A stretch of 64,000 nt of DNA, from the NCBI GenBank assembly GCA_002633005.1, contig NMRA01000669.1, positions 78,396-142,395 of the forward strand, given 5' to 3'. The notes below the pieces were generated by a model. That model saw nothing but the letters and a program-made list of their open reading frames with translations, did not search any database and was not told where the DNA came from. Every line of letters begins with the position of its first letter. The stretch's first letter is position 1. The translations under genes were made by a program, and so were the position numbers. This document shows, piece by piece, positions 25,052-36,700 of the stretch. The stretch is from Phoronis australis. Its lineage: Eukaryota > Animalia > Phoronida.

Positions 25052-25282
25052 CATGCGCGCATCCTGCCTTCAATATGGGGGGCTCGAATTTCTGACGATG
25101 TGGACCTTTTTCTGATAAAAAAGCGAGAGGACTAAAAAAGAAAAAAAACTGGATACCACCTTCAGAACTGTAAACTGTGCGTTTGCGGCCCTTTTTTAGT
25201 GGACCTTAGTCTCGTTTTCTGGGATTTTTTTCTCTGTGGCGGACCTTTNAAAAAAATCCCGAACTCGTAGCGCACTCTCATG
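25052..25282. mobile_element. MITE family B copy, degenerate
   Basis: Starts catgcgcgcatcctgcc...gggctcgaattt, as at 26253; internal ggcggaccttt. Confidence 0.65.
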
Positions 25283-25940
25283 TCAAGGGATATGGTTATT
25301 TTCCTGCAGTTGGCGGTCTGCTGAACCTTGTCGACAAGCATGTGTATTCAACAAAATATCTACAAAACAACACATTTTCTTCGGAAAGTAGAAAGCAAGA
25401 CTTTACTTTTTGTCTTTATGCCATTAATTGGGTCACGTTACCATTTAAGAAAAATTTAGCAAAAATGTTCGTTCGTATAATTTGCTATGAACGCTCAAGA
25501 AGATATCACACAAACAATGTTACGTATTCTTAAATTAATTATAATTTCGTTACCATTTATGCAACGATTGACCTATTTTCTTGAAAAATACGAAGATCCT
25601 ATTTTAAGCTCCTCACACAACTTGGAACATTGTTTTGAATATCCTCAGTGTATGAAGCTTGTCATCTGAAAGTTTAGTATTGTGAGATATATCCAGAGTT
25701 AGCCAGTCAATATCTGCGGTCCCAAATTACGGTGGCAGGGCACCGGTGATCTACACTTTAGTAACAATAGTGGTACATTTAATCTACACAACTAGTGCAA
25801 ATTTGACCATAATCCTAAATGCCTAAAGGAATCTTGTAAAATATTAATTGGTCCCTTATACACGTGATTGATTAAGATCTACAGATACAACGTAGCATAG
25901 AATCCAAACTATAAGCCAGCAGCCGTGAAGTGTAAATTAC

Positions 25941-26099
25941 CTGAAATTCGTTCCCCAGCTCACACTCTTCGCGTCTTATGTCTAGAGTAGAATTGAAACT
26001 GCTTACGTTAAGCATATCTTTCAGTTTCTTCTTTAGCTCTCTATATGTCTCAACCTCACTCTCCAACGTTCCGACCTGTTCCTCAAGTTCAAATATTTT
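25941..26099 (-). CDS. Candidate exon 2 of coiled-coil gene B (KIFELEEQVGTLESEVETYRELKKKLKDMLN...)
   Basis: tttcag acceptor and CAG/gtaatt donor, with an alternative gtaagc donor after 26007. Phase 0 with clear heptads. Confidence 0.5.
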
Positions 26100-26252
26100 C
26101 TGAAACAGATAGGTCGACGTCTTACGCCAGTGACGCTGTAAAGTGTGAATGAAATTATCACCCTAAAATCCATATGAATCCTGCACTGGCAGGCGTGACA
26201 CGTAACACAGTTTGATTGTGCAAATGGTGTAAAATCAACGTGAATCTGGTGT

Positions 26253-26529
26253 CATGCGCGCACCCAGCCTAAAACATAAGGGGGATCGAATTTTTCGTTA
26301 TGCGGATCTTTTACTGAAAAAAATCAACAAAGGACTAACATCAAAAAGGGAGTCACTAGGCTCAGGTCTGCGAATTGTGCACCCGCGCCGACTTCCTGTG
26401 GACTTTGTGGACGTTTGTCTCGTGTACTCGAACTTTTTGTTTCACTGAGGCGGACCTTTTTGCCCAATTCGCCAAATTGGGGGGCTCGTTCTAGCCCCCG
26501 AGCCCCCCCCCCCTCCGGGTGCGCACATG
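26253..26529. mobile_element. MITE family B copy
   Basis: catgcgcgcaccc...gggtgcgcacatg TIRs with a perfect 5-bp TSD ggtgt. Confidence 0.9.
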
Positions 26530-27340
26530 GGTGTTGCTGCGAGCAGAAGTCAGATANCCCCCCCCCCCCCCCCCGGGGTGCGCCCATGGGTGTTGCTGCG
26601 AGCAGAAGTCAGATACATGCAGTTTGGTACACTGATTGACTGTTACACGATCAACAAGAGTTCCAGAATGTGGGTCGACCACGAGGGCGTACCCTGAAGT
26701 TTCTGACAACGGTCACTTACAGGAGTCCCAGATTTTGAGAAACATTTGTCGGTCGTTGATCAGGGGAGAAAATTGTTATTCACAATGCACGGTGACTGTT
26801 ATCGACATTTTCATGGCGATGGACTGGTCTTCGTAAATAATGAACACCTAATGTGGGTTTGAACGGGAGGTACTGAGATATTTCAGGAGGCATTGGCGAG
26901 GTGTTCCCTTTAGAAATAATGATGTAGTCATCTTTTTAGAAAGTAGTCAGATACTCAAGTCCATGCCAAGGTTTAGCACAATTATAAGGGATGTGTGAAC
27001 AAATCACCTGTTGACAATTGTCTTCCTCATGATGATGGTGTTGTAGGAGATGAAACGTTTTTTACCGTTGTACAATGCTTAATGATATTGAATAAGCAGC
27101 CCTTTGTAATGGGGACCTTTCCACGAATAATAAATCCAACTAAAAATGAGCTTCTGTTTGACCTTTTGTAGTAAAGAGAAGTTAAGGTTTTCGGGTGTAA
27201 TCAGACCATGAATAAACCAATCCATCTGAGCGCCATTACCAGCATACACCTTGAATATACCCGGCTGATAAAAGGTACGCAGTGTGTACCAAAACGGCAT
27301 CACTGTCGAATTCCTTACAGCAGCGATGTAAACCGTTCAC

Positions 27341-27487
27341 CTGCTTCAACGCCGCAGTTTCTTTGTCGCAGCAGTCCCGTCGTGATGATTCGGTCAAATC
27401 GTCCGAAGTAGAGCTCGGGATCGGTACGTCATTGCTGTTTGTATTAATGTAATCCATTCGAATTTCATCGTCCGGGTTTGCAGACAT
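27341..27487 (-). CDS. Candidate first coding exon of coiled-coil gene B (MSANPDDEIRMD...ETAALKQ)
   Basis: ttccag acceptor just upstream (exon starts 27508), ATG at 27487, CAG/gtgaac donor. Phase 0, joining 26099 to read AALKQ-KIFELEEQ. Confidence 0.5.
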
Positions 27488-27687
27488 TGGGAATGATACA
27501 GACCCTGTCTGGAAGACAATTTTCAGTGTCTAGAACGGGAAACAATTCGTACTCTAATAACATAATTTAAGTCTCTAGTTCGGGGTAAATGGAAAAGAAT
27601 TCGCGGGACTGCTGTCGTTATGAGTATTCTGCTCATCACAAACTCTTTCCACTGACTCACCCCAACATGTTTGTTGCCCAATTAGGC

Positions 27688-27841
27688 ATCTGGGCTGAGT
27701 TGCATAAAGCTCAGTTCAAAAGTTATCCGCTGGATAAGTTTGATTGTTACATCCATTGTTCAACAATAACAACGTGACGCTTGATAATGCGACGTCATTG
27801 TTGCTATACGATGTATAACTTTTATGCAACTGGGCCCAGAT
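27688..27841. mobile_element. Palindromic MITE
   Basis: atctgggctgagttgcataaa versus tttatgcaactgggcccagat is a 19/21 inverted match. Confidence 0.75.
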
Positions 27842-30552
27842 ATATCAATATGCTTTTGGGTTGTCAGTTCCTGCGTACCAATAGCTAACACCGGTAACAG
27901 TCTAAAAATCTAATTATAATTAAAGCTTTACCTTGCAGTAGGCTTACCTCGTACAAATAAATTATGAAATGAAACAACCCGTCACCAAATACCTAACCCG
28001 CAGCATATACTGTTCATGGGTGAAGCTACCAAGAAAGTAAATACGATGTAGACAAAAACTACAATAGTAGTTAAATGCTAGTTTTTAGTGGTAAGTTTAA
28101 TGAATATTCCACCATTTTTCCGAATCATTATAAAATAAATACACAGGGAATGGCATTTGGAAGTTAAATTTTAGGAAAACGAATAAGCTTCGGATAATAA
28201 CTCTCTTACAGTTCCATCCATATCAAAGCACTGGGATAGAATCAAGCTCATCTCTTTGAAACTGATCTATTTTGTCCGATACTGCCGTTGTTTCGAAACG
28301 TGTACGCGCCAAGCTACTAACAAGAACTGCCGCACAATGAACACCAAATGGCACGATGACGTAGTAACACGTGTCTATGAAACTAAATTTTGTCTCAGAT
28401 TTAACTTTGATTTACAGATATAGAATTGATCACACTATTTTATGTAAAATGTGCAAAGACAGTTTCAGTCAATTTTCAACTTATTTCGAGTTACGGGCGC
28501 AAACTAAAAACATTTCTTTGAATTATTATATTATCAGAGAATGAACCACGGTAACCAAAATTACAGTTGCAATTCGCCCTGTTTACCTGGTTTAAGAAGT
28601 CGACAGCCTAAAACGTCTGGAAGAACCGATCGCTAAAATATTAAACTCGCTTCATGAATGGAAAGGATAGGGCAATAACGCGCCCGATGACCACGAAGAC
28701 CTGGGCGAGTTTGCTTACTACGTCTGGCATCGACGTGGTACTAATAGCGCACATCATGTGTCCTTTTTCAAACATCAAAGATCTGATCATGCTCTTGTAA
28801 GTTCTGAAGGGAGTTTATATTTTTGAAAATCTTTTAAAAGGCGTCTGTATCAAAGCAGCAGTTTTTCATTTTTAAGGGGGGATGGGACAATAGCACTAGT
28901 AAAAATATGTGGGGTCAAAGCAAATCCAAATGGAACATTTCTTAGGGCGTGTTTTTCCGTCACCAGCCGTCATTAAAGGTGATAGACGAAATATCTCTTA
29001 CTGCACTACGTGATCCAAGTTCTTCAAAGGCAATGCTAACCATGTGGAGATTTAAATATTATTCTCCTCGCGATTAAAATTCTGCGCCATATTAGCCAAT
29101 ACTCACCTCTCAACTTCAAATGAAAGCTCTTTAACTGCTTATCTCTAAACGTGATTGGGTTGTTTTGACACGGCGAGCTCTTGATTGATGTGCTGTATCA
29201 ATAGCTATAGTGTTTACCTACAACAAGGAGGGTTTTTACACAGCTAGAAAACAAAAGTGAAACTGCAGCAAAATGTGAGTGATCACTGTTGAAAACTGAC
29301 TCAGTGTCAGAAAGCAATGATTTGGTGTCGTACACACCAGATAATTAGATCTTCAAATCATTAACCATTTCTGCTACAAATACTATTATATTTTTTATAC
29401 TTTAGCAAACAGATAATCACTCCAGNGTAAGTTCTTACAAACGTCACACGTCCGGGTCTCCTTCGCACAATACCCATTTCTGGAAACTATGTTATAACTA
29501 ACGTTCTCCTCTCTGAAATATTAACGGGACGTCGGTTTTACGGACATTAAGCGTTGGGGATTATTTTTGTATGGGTTAGATTGCTTTGTATTAGTTTTGT
29601 CTGGGACGAATTCAGTTAATTTTGTGTTATTATTACAAATAGCAAGTAGCAGCCATTCTCTGCCAAACGGTCACTGAAATCAAGGCCAGTGTCTTCGCCA
29701 TTTACGGGTAAGTGCGCTCACATTACTTAACTGTTTAACGCGCGGAATTTGACAGGTCGGCTGGGTATTCGAATTCTATTGCGAAGATACTGTAGTGCCG
29801 GTGCTGGATTCCACACTATTGGCGATATCTGTAACGTTAGTTTTCTCACCGAGAATGTCCCTTTAAATCATTGATGTGATAAGGAATTTGTAAAGTTGTC
29901 AAATGCGTGCATTGGGTAACTTTCTACCACTGTTTGAAGCCTAGAGCCAAATATTGAAAACATCCGATATCACGAAACGGCTTGATGGTTGGCTTGTTTC
30001 ATGGAGTAGGCCCTCAGGTTAACTTTGCATTGTTAATGCACATGGAAACCAAACCATAAACAAACATTCAACTCATTTAACAATTTCCTCCTGCGGGTCC
30101 AAAAATCCATTGAGTAAAAACCTTTAGCTGGCAGCTGAGTCAATAAAAAATTGTTCATAAATATATTCAAATCCTGGAAATACCCATAGTACATGAATAC
30201 CCATCGTAATATCGAGCAGTGGAAATACCATAGTGCACAATCAGCTGTAATCTAACCTGTTGACCTTGTAACCTGGATCAGCATAAAATATGGGGGATTT
30301 CCAACCGCAGTGTGACTTGTATATGATTCCATAACGTCATGTTCTAGATATCGGGATTTCCGAAAGAGACCTCATGGGCCTTCGAAAAAGGGGTTTGAAA
30401 ACACCCTACGGTGACTGTTTGGGGATTGAGTTGCATGCCAGGCAGGGAGTACTTTAAATATATGGACGTGAGGACATGTTAATTGTGTTGCAGTTTGTCC
30501 CGTCGGCACGCCATCTTTTGGCCACATAATGTTTGAAAAAGACCTCAACGTT

Positions 30553-30830
30553 GATCAAGTTTGAGCCTAATACTGGAATTAAAACTTACAAAAATTAGCG
30601 ACGTTGTGTCGGCATCTCACGGACTTCAGCTTGGCTTGTGACGTTATTGTTATTCTGGCCAATTGATAGCGTTTTGGCTAAACGGCGCGGCATTGACGTC
30701 AGTACACCANACGCCACCAATTGGCCAGAATAACGATAACGTCACAAGCCAAGCTGAACTTCGTGAGATGCGGGGCGCAACGCGCTAATTTTTGTAAGTT
30801 TTAATTCCACTATTAGACTCAAAATTGACC
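30553..30830. repeat. Foldback element with ~115-bp inverted arms
   Basis: ggaattaaaacttacaaaaattagcg...cagcttggcttgtgacgtta...ctggccaattg is mirrored at ~30711-30830, with scattered mismatches. Confidence 0.9.
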
Positions 30831-32132
30831 TGTTTTCTCAACCGGATGTCTCAAAATTGTCATGCTTTCATTTCGACTGTGAACATTATTCCTTATGACT
30901 GAACTGAGATATCGCTAAGCTTTTCTTCTAATTGCTAAACTGCTGAAGAATTGAATCCCAACTGGCATTAATAGGGATCCTCAAATGCTAAAACATACGT
31001 AAAATAACGTGTTATTTGTGTTTCGTGGTAACTGCATATAGGCTACTTCACGTTTCAGCCAACGTGCCTGTACATTTTAAATCATTTTGTTTCTCCGATA
31101 ACAAAGCATTAGCTTACTAGCAGGATATTAACTGCCGTACTTCGAATACACCTAAAATAACAAATGCGCTGTAGGAATGGTTTCAAGACTCGTCATCCAT
31201 CAAAGAGATGCTGTCGACAATACAAGTTTTCAAAAGAGCCTCGCCACTTTTTCTGTTAAAGACTCCCAGGTGGCTTTTTGGACATAAACTCGAGTCGTGA
31301 ATTGAAAATGACAGAGGCTCTTCCGGTAATTCATCAGTGTCTTCAATCGACTGAAGTTTGGTTAAATGAATGATCGAGGAAGCGCATAGCCTCGGTAAAA
31401 AGAACATAAGTAAGTGGATCAAAAATAAACCGACTCGCGCTATAAAATAGATAGAATCGTTCATTGGCCGCTAATAGTATCATTGTAGAAGCTGTATTGC
31501 CTTCTCACCCCCGACAACTTTACATAAAAATGAATTTTACTTTTCTCCTGAACTCTGGGAAAATTGGCTTCAACTACAAACAGAATTTGGGAGAGAGGCA
31601 CAAAATAAATTGAAGGAAACCCACTTTGTAAGAGGTGGGGTGATGGTACGAGGGTGTTTCACAACACGCTAATAGGGGAAAGGAAGGCGAAACAGGTTAT
31701 TTTTCACGAGAGTGTGTTACACTGTCTGGTGGTTTTGCAACACCATGATCAGGAAATCTGTGGCTGTACACTGTTTGGGGATTGATGACTAATGTGCCCT
31801 ATGCTTCGTTTTCGCTGGAAAAAGTCTCCCCTCGCTCAAATAATCAAGCCGAGCACTCGCTTCCCCACTCATCAGTCATGAGCGCCAGTGCCAGTTAGAT
31901 TGATGGGGAAAACGCCTAAGTTTTCGTTTAGTATTGGTCCAGACTCTGGTCTTACTTACCAGGTAAATCAACACTGAAGAGTTGGCTATACATGCTCAAT
32001 GTGGGTCAAGGGAGAGGAGTGGAAAAGAGTGGCTGAACTTAGAAATCTGATCCCACTGGTAATATGATGAAAGGTGGACTCTGGAGATGATGCTCCAAGA
32101 AACGGGAAACTCGCCCTCCCTAAATCAAAACC

Positions 32133-32442
32133 CAGTGGCGGATTTAGGGGGATGGGGGGGGGTGTAAAGGGGCCATGGCACCCCTAATATTCTATCAGAT
32201 ACCATTTGACAGTTCGGGTGTGAATTGCTGACTAGCACATGTGCGCATCCAGGGGGGCTCGAGCCGGCGAATAAACAATGCACAGACCTTGAGCACATCC
32301 CTTTTTCTTTAGTAATAAGGTCCGAAAATCCAAAAATTCGAGACCCCTGCATGCCTACATTTTAGGCTGGGCGCGTGCATGTGCCGAAATTCTGGTTATT
32401 CCTGTGCCCTGCCCCCGACTCAAAATCATGGATCCGCCCCTG
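32133..32442. mobile_element. MITE family A carrying a nested family B copy (32238-32381)
   Basis: cagtggcggat...atccgcccctg TIRs with flanks aaacc/agacc. The catgtgcgcatcc...gggcgcgtgcatg insert is absent from the 41070 copy. Confidence 0.85.
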
Positions 32443-33528
32443 AGACCCCTTGACCAGTCATACCTCAAAGAATTACCGGTGCATCACTCAGCAAGGTACT
32501 ACACCCTCAGTGTTTTGATGGTTTCAACCAATCCTCAGTCTGACATATGCTTATGCGTCATTGGTGTCCCACATGTGATAGAACCAGGATTTATTTTGAT
32601 TCTTGGTAAGTAACCTTTCCCTACAGTTGTCCTGTAACACGCCTGAAGCTTAGGTCACTCGTGCCCCTTCAGTCGCAGAAATTTTAGGGAATCTTTAACA
32701 AGTTTACTCCATACTACTGAGGTTTCATTGTCCAAGGGTAGATTGGAAAGATTTGCAATGCTTGTTAACAGGACAAAACCGGGTTTGGTATCCCACTACA
32801 TCAGATTAGCGGCATCATTTCCCCCAGCACGTTCATACAGTTTCCACGCACTGGTGCCAACTGGTCAAGGGACCATGTCGTTTTCTTGAGTACAGATAAC
32901 AATTCAAACAATTAAAATATAAAATATTTATTTCCAAACATTAATCTCGTAGACTGACATGTCACAAAAAGTTTAAAATTGCAACCTCACAAAATTAACA
33001 TTATACATACATGTAGAGATTTAGTAAAATTCCTAGAATGTTTTTACAGAAAGATGATTTCAGTTTGGAACAGGCAAAAAGCATAGCGATTAAAGCCCAT
33101 ACGGGCTCGAGGCGTAAAACCTGAAGAGTACCTATGAAAAAACAATCGGTTTGTAAACAAATGACTTAGTTACCTTGTTATCTAGCTTTAAAACCAAGAA
33201 GATTAATGCAAACAACATATGCTCTCACGTTATGGAAAGTTTTACAACTGGTACTTAGGATCGAGGAAAATATTATACTTAAGACAACATCACTAAAATG
33301 GGCTTCAGTTTAAAGGAATGCTTCATAACACAAAATAAAATACCAATCTCAATAAAACATTAATGTTTACATAGAAATTTTTATCTCGTAATGATACCTA
33401 ATCCCAGAAGAAAAACATATATCAACACCGCAGATGGTTTATTACCTACAATTCTACATCCGCCAATCTTTGTCTCTTCGCTACTCAACTGGCAAATTGG
33501 TCCCAAATGGGATCACGGTGCACTAGGC

Positions 33529-33747
33529 TCACAACATTCCTGAGTTAGTTGACCCATTTTCCCCCGTTGCGCTGTAAGCAAGATTGCTTTCTCCGCCCAG
33601 TCTCACGTCATCACTTGACACGGTGTACAACGTCGGACTACTGGCTTCCATTTCTTTTTCCAACCTCTTCTTCTCTTCAAGTCTCCGTCTATTTTTTTCA
33701 ATGGCCGGTAACCATTTCTCCGTCGGTTTGCAGAGTCGAATGAATCG
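33529..33747 (-). CDS. SLC6 terminal exon ([15 protein letters not shown]...TNSGML*)
   Basis: atttag acceptor; PxxxWxP C-tail motif; TGA at 33529-33531; downstream AATAAA at 33438-33443 and 32927-32932. Confidence 0.85.
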   Translation of the reverse strand, partial: RFIRLCKPTEKWLPAIEKNRRRLEEKKRLEKEMEASSPTLYTVSSDDVRLGGESNLAYSATGENGSTNSGML

Positions 33748-36700
33748 CTAAATATAGAAAGTCGTAAAGAGCGATAAGTTACAGGTGTACAGGGCCAAAT
33801 TCTTCAATATAAGAACGGGCGTGTGCATGTGACGTGTGTGTCTGGGTGTGCGTGTGTATGTTTGTGGGTATTACGTTTATGCTTGCAAATATAATGACTT
33901 ACGTGAATAACTTTCTAATCCTAATTTGCATTTCAAAATCCCGAGTTTCTAGTATACATGTACGGGCTGTCAATTGCACTGAATAATAACCACTTACATT
34001 GAGTTTGCACAACAGTAGAGAAGGAAATGTAAGAACAAGTTCAAGTTTGATTTCAAATACAAACGTTAGACTCCTCGCCACAGAACAGACGTTGTATGAT
34101 GGGTGTCGATGTCTTCTTAAACATCGAAGTAGAACACACACTAAGTTATTTTTTTCGATTCCACTAGTCTTTCTACAATGGGCAAAATAACCTGGTGTGT
34201 TTTAACTCTAAAACTTAGTCTACACAGTGTTGTGGCTTGGGCACACGATGGATTGTACAGGTCATCCTCCTTAGTCAACAGTGAAAAACACCACAATGCA
34301 AGATTAAAAATGGTCGAAACAGATGGCCGTTCTGTAGACGCAATAGACTCGCGGAAACTCAATGTCACGTAAGACTTAACGAGACATCGCCATACATTAC
34401 AACACGATTACATTAGCTTTACTTGAACGCTTCTTGCGTCCGGGGAGTTGTAGCCTGATTTTGTTTTCAACTACCGACACGAGCGTGCGCCCTTACCCTT
34501 CCAAGGGACTCCCCCTCTCTCGCTGAGCGAACGTAGTTGAACACGGCAAAGATAGGTATGACGACAACAGAGCTGAGCGCCATCAGCCAGCCTATGGCAT
34601 TAGCCCAGTCGGGGAAGACGTAACTACCGTAGGTAAGACCAGTAAACTCGATAAAGTTGGCGATCAAAATTGCCTAAAATACACAACGATATAAGTTAAT
34701 CTTATGTAGTTCCTTGACGATCAGTGTATGTATTCAGCCAATTATCTACATAAATAGCGAGTTGAACTCAGCAAAACTACATATATCCTGAAGTTAAGAA
34801 GTTTAGTAAAAACATTGTGGACTTTTGAGTTCTGACTTTATTCCAATCCGCCATTAACCATGACTTTAAATAAATTAAAAATTTAACCAAAAAGATTGAT
34901 GCATTCAAAGCGAAAAAACGGCATCAACAGCACAAGTTTCGTGTCAAAGCCAAGTCTGAAAACATTGTTACAGAATTCTAAACTGTTTCGTTTTCGCTTC
35001 ATGCTACTTACCTTATAGATTTTTCATAGTCATCAGAATCTAAAATAATTTCTACAGAGTTTTGGAGAACGGTGCGTAGGGAATTCGAACAGTATCTCAA
35101 AATTTCATAAGAATCTGACCAGAAATTTCTGAGAAATGAGGTGTCAAAGTTTGTCGAATTTGGACATTTTTCTAGGCCCCTACATAACCTTAATGGAACT
35201 TTGATACAGCAGACGTGTATGGACAAGGTACATAATTATCCATTGTTGGCAATATTCTATATCAAAAATATGTACTTGTACAAACTAGATCACATCGGCT
35301 TCATGGCTTTCATAACATCCAATCGTGTGATTTCGTTACTGAATACGTATAACTTTTTTATCAGTTTCTCCATCGCATATTCCACAGCTTATTTCTTCAA
35401 CGTAGTAGACTTGCGTGCTTGGACCGAGGGACGTCACGTGACATTGTTGTACTTACCAACAGCAAAACGGGCGAGATGAACTTCCACACGACCCACCAAT
35501 ACTTGCTCTGAGGAGATTTCAGCATGTGCTCAAGATTCTTCAAGATATTGTCAGCACCTGCGCAAGGAAATGAAGTCATGAGCACTGGAAAAGTTAATGT
35601 TAAAAGAGCAACCAATAATCCTGTGCAAAATCGTGCTTTAGAATGCTTGCATGCTTTCTAATACATGTAAGTGGTTAATTTATTTCACAAACATAAACCT
35701 TAGATAGCGCCATTGCCCACTGAATCAAGAGGTTGCAACCCAAAAAATCATGGAATGCGATTTGTATGGCTTGGAATTAAAAAGTAAGTTGTTCAACATA
35801 TGAGTCAATTTATATAAAGGAATTTTGAATTGGCAAAGTTTATTGATTACAATGACAGTTGAAACTACGGCTAGGTATCGAGACTGCATGGTCATGTTTC
35901 ATGTAATGGTTAGCCTCACCTCGTATTACCTCTGTCTGAAGATGAGACATGACCAGTCTCGAACTGTAGCCACTATCACAACACTAGCCGAACAAAAAGT
36001 AGCAATAATGTGATTTGGCATGGATAATCACTCTCAGACGTATGGAGTCGATAGTTTAAATGTAAATGAAGTCACGAATGGCACCACTTAACTTAACTTG
36101 AAGTAAGTGGTTCTTTGGTGAAAAGTTTCTATAATTCCTCAGTTGGATATTTTCAGTCTTTGGCATTAACTCAATGATACTGTCACGTAGACTTAAAAGA
36201 ATGGCTACATGTACTTCCAATCAATGTTTACTATCCTCACCGTAGACCCACGGGAAGACAATTCCTTCGGCAAGACCAATGAGTACGAGCGACCAGCCGC
36301 TGCTGTAGTAACTCATCAGTTCCTCCCAAAAGATGCCGCCCTGAGCGCACATGGTCAGCCCCAGCAAATACATGAAGATGCAGAGGCCGGCGGCAACCCA
36401 AGTCTTCTTCGGGCGCAGCTTTGGTATCATGTCAACGATCGCCGTTTGAATATTCTCAAGACCCGCAAACTGCAATTGGAAATATGATTAAACGGCTTGC
36501 CCGTCCTGATGCGCAAAGCTCAATATTGGGACAGTTCCTGATAAGAAGGTGGATTGTTTTGACAATTCCTCACACCCCAACGGGGAATACGTCATTAATA
36601 TTCCGATACCACTTCTTTTCAGATGTATTTTTGGCTCCCGCACTGTTTCAAAACCATTAAAAATAGTTCACTTCCGACTTAACAGATTTCTTGATCCCAT

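Noticed and set aside
26530-26615. Tandem duplication of a MITE end plus flank
   Set aside because: It straddles a single N beside a poly-C run, so it is most likely a contig-join or haplotype artefact. Similar single Ns occur at 15750, 16172 and 25249.
31183-31464. 93-aa minus-strand ORF
   Set aside because: No motif, splice-site or repeat support.
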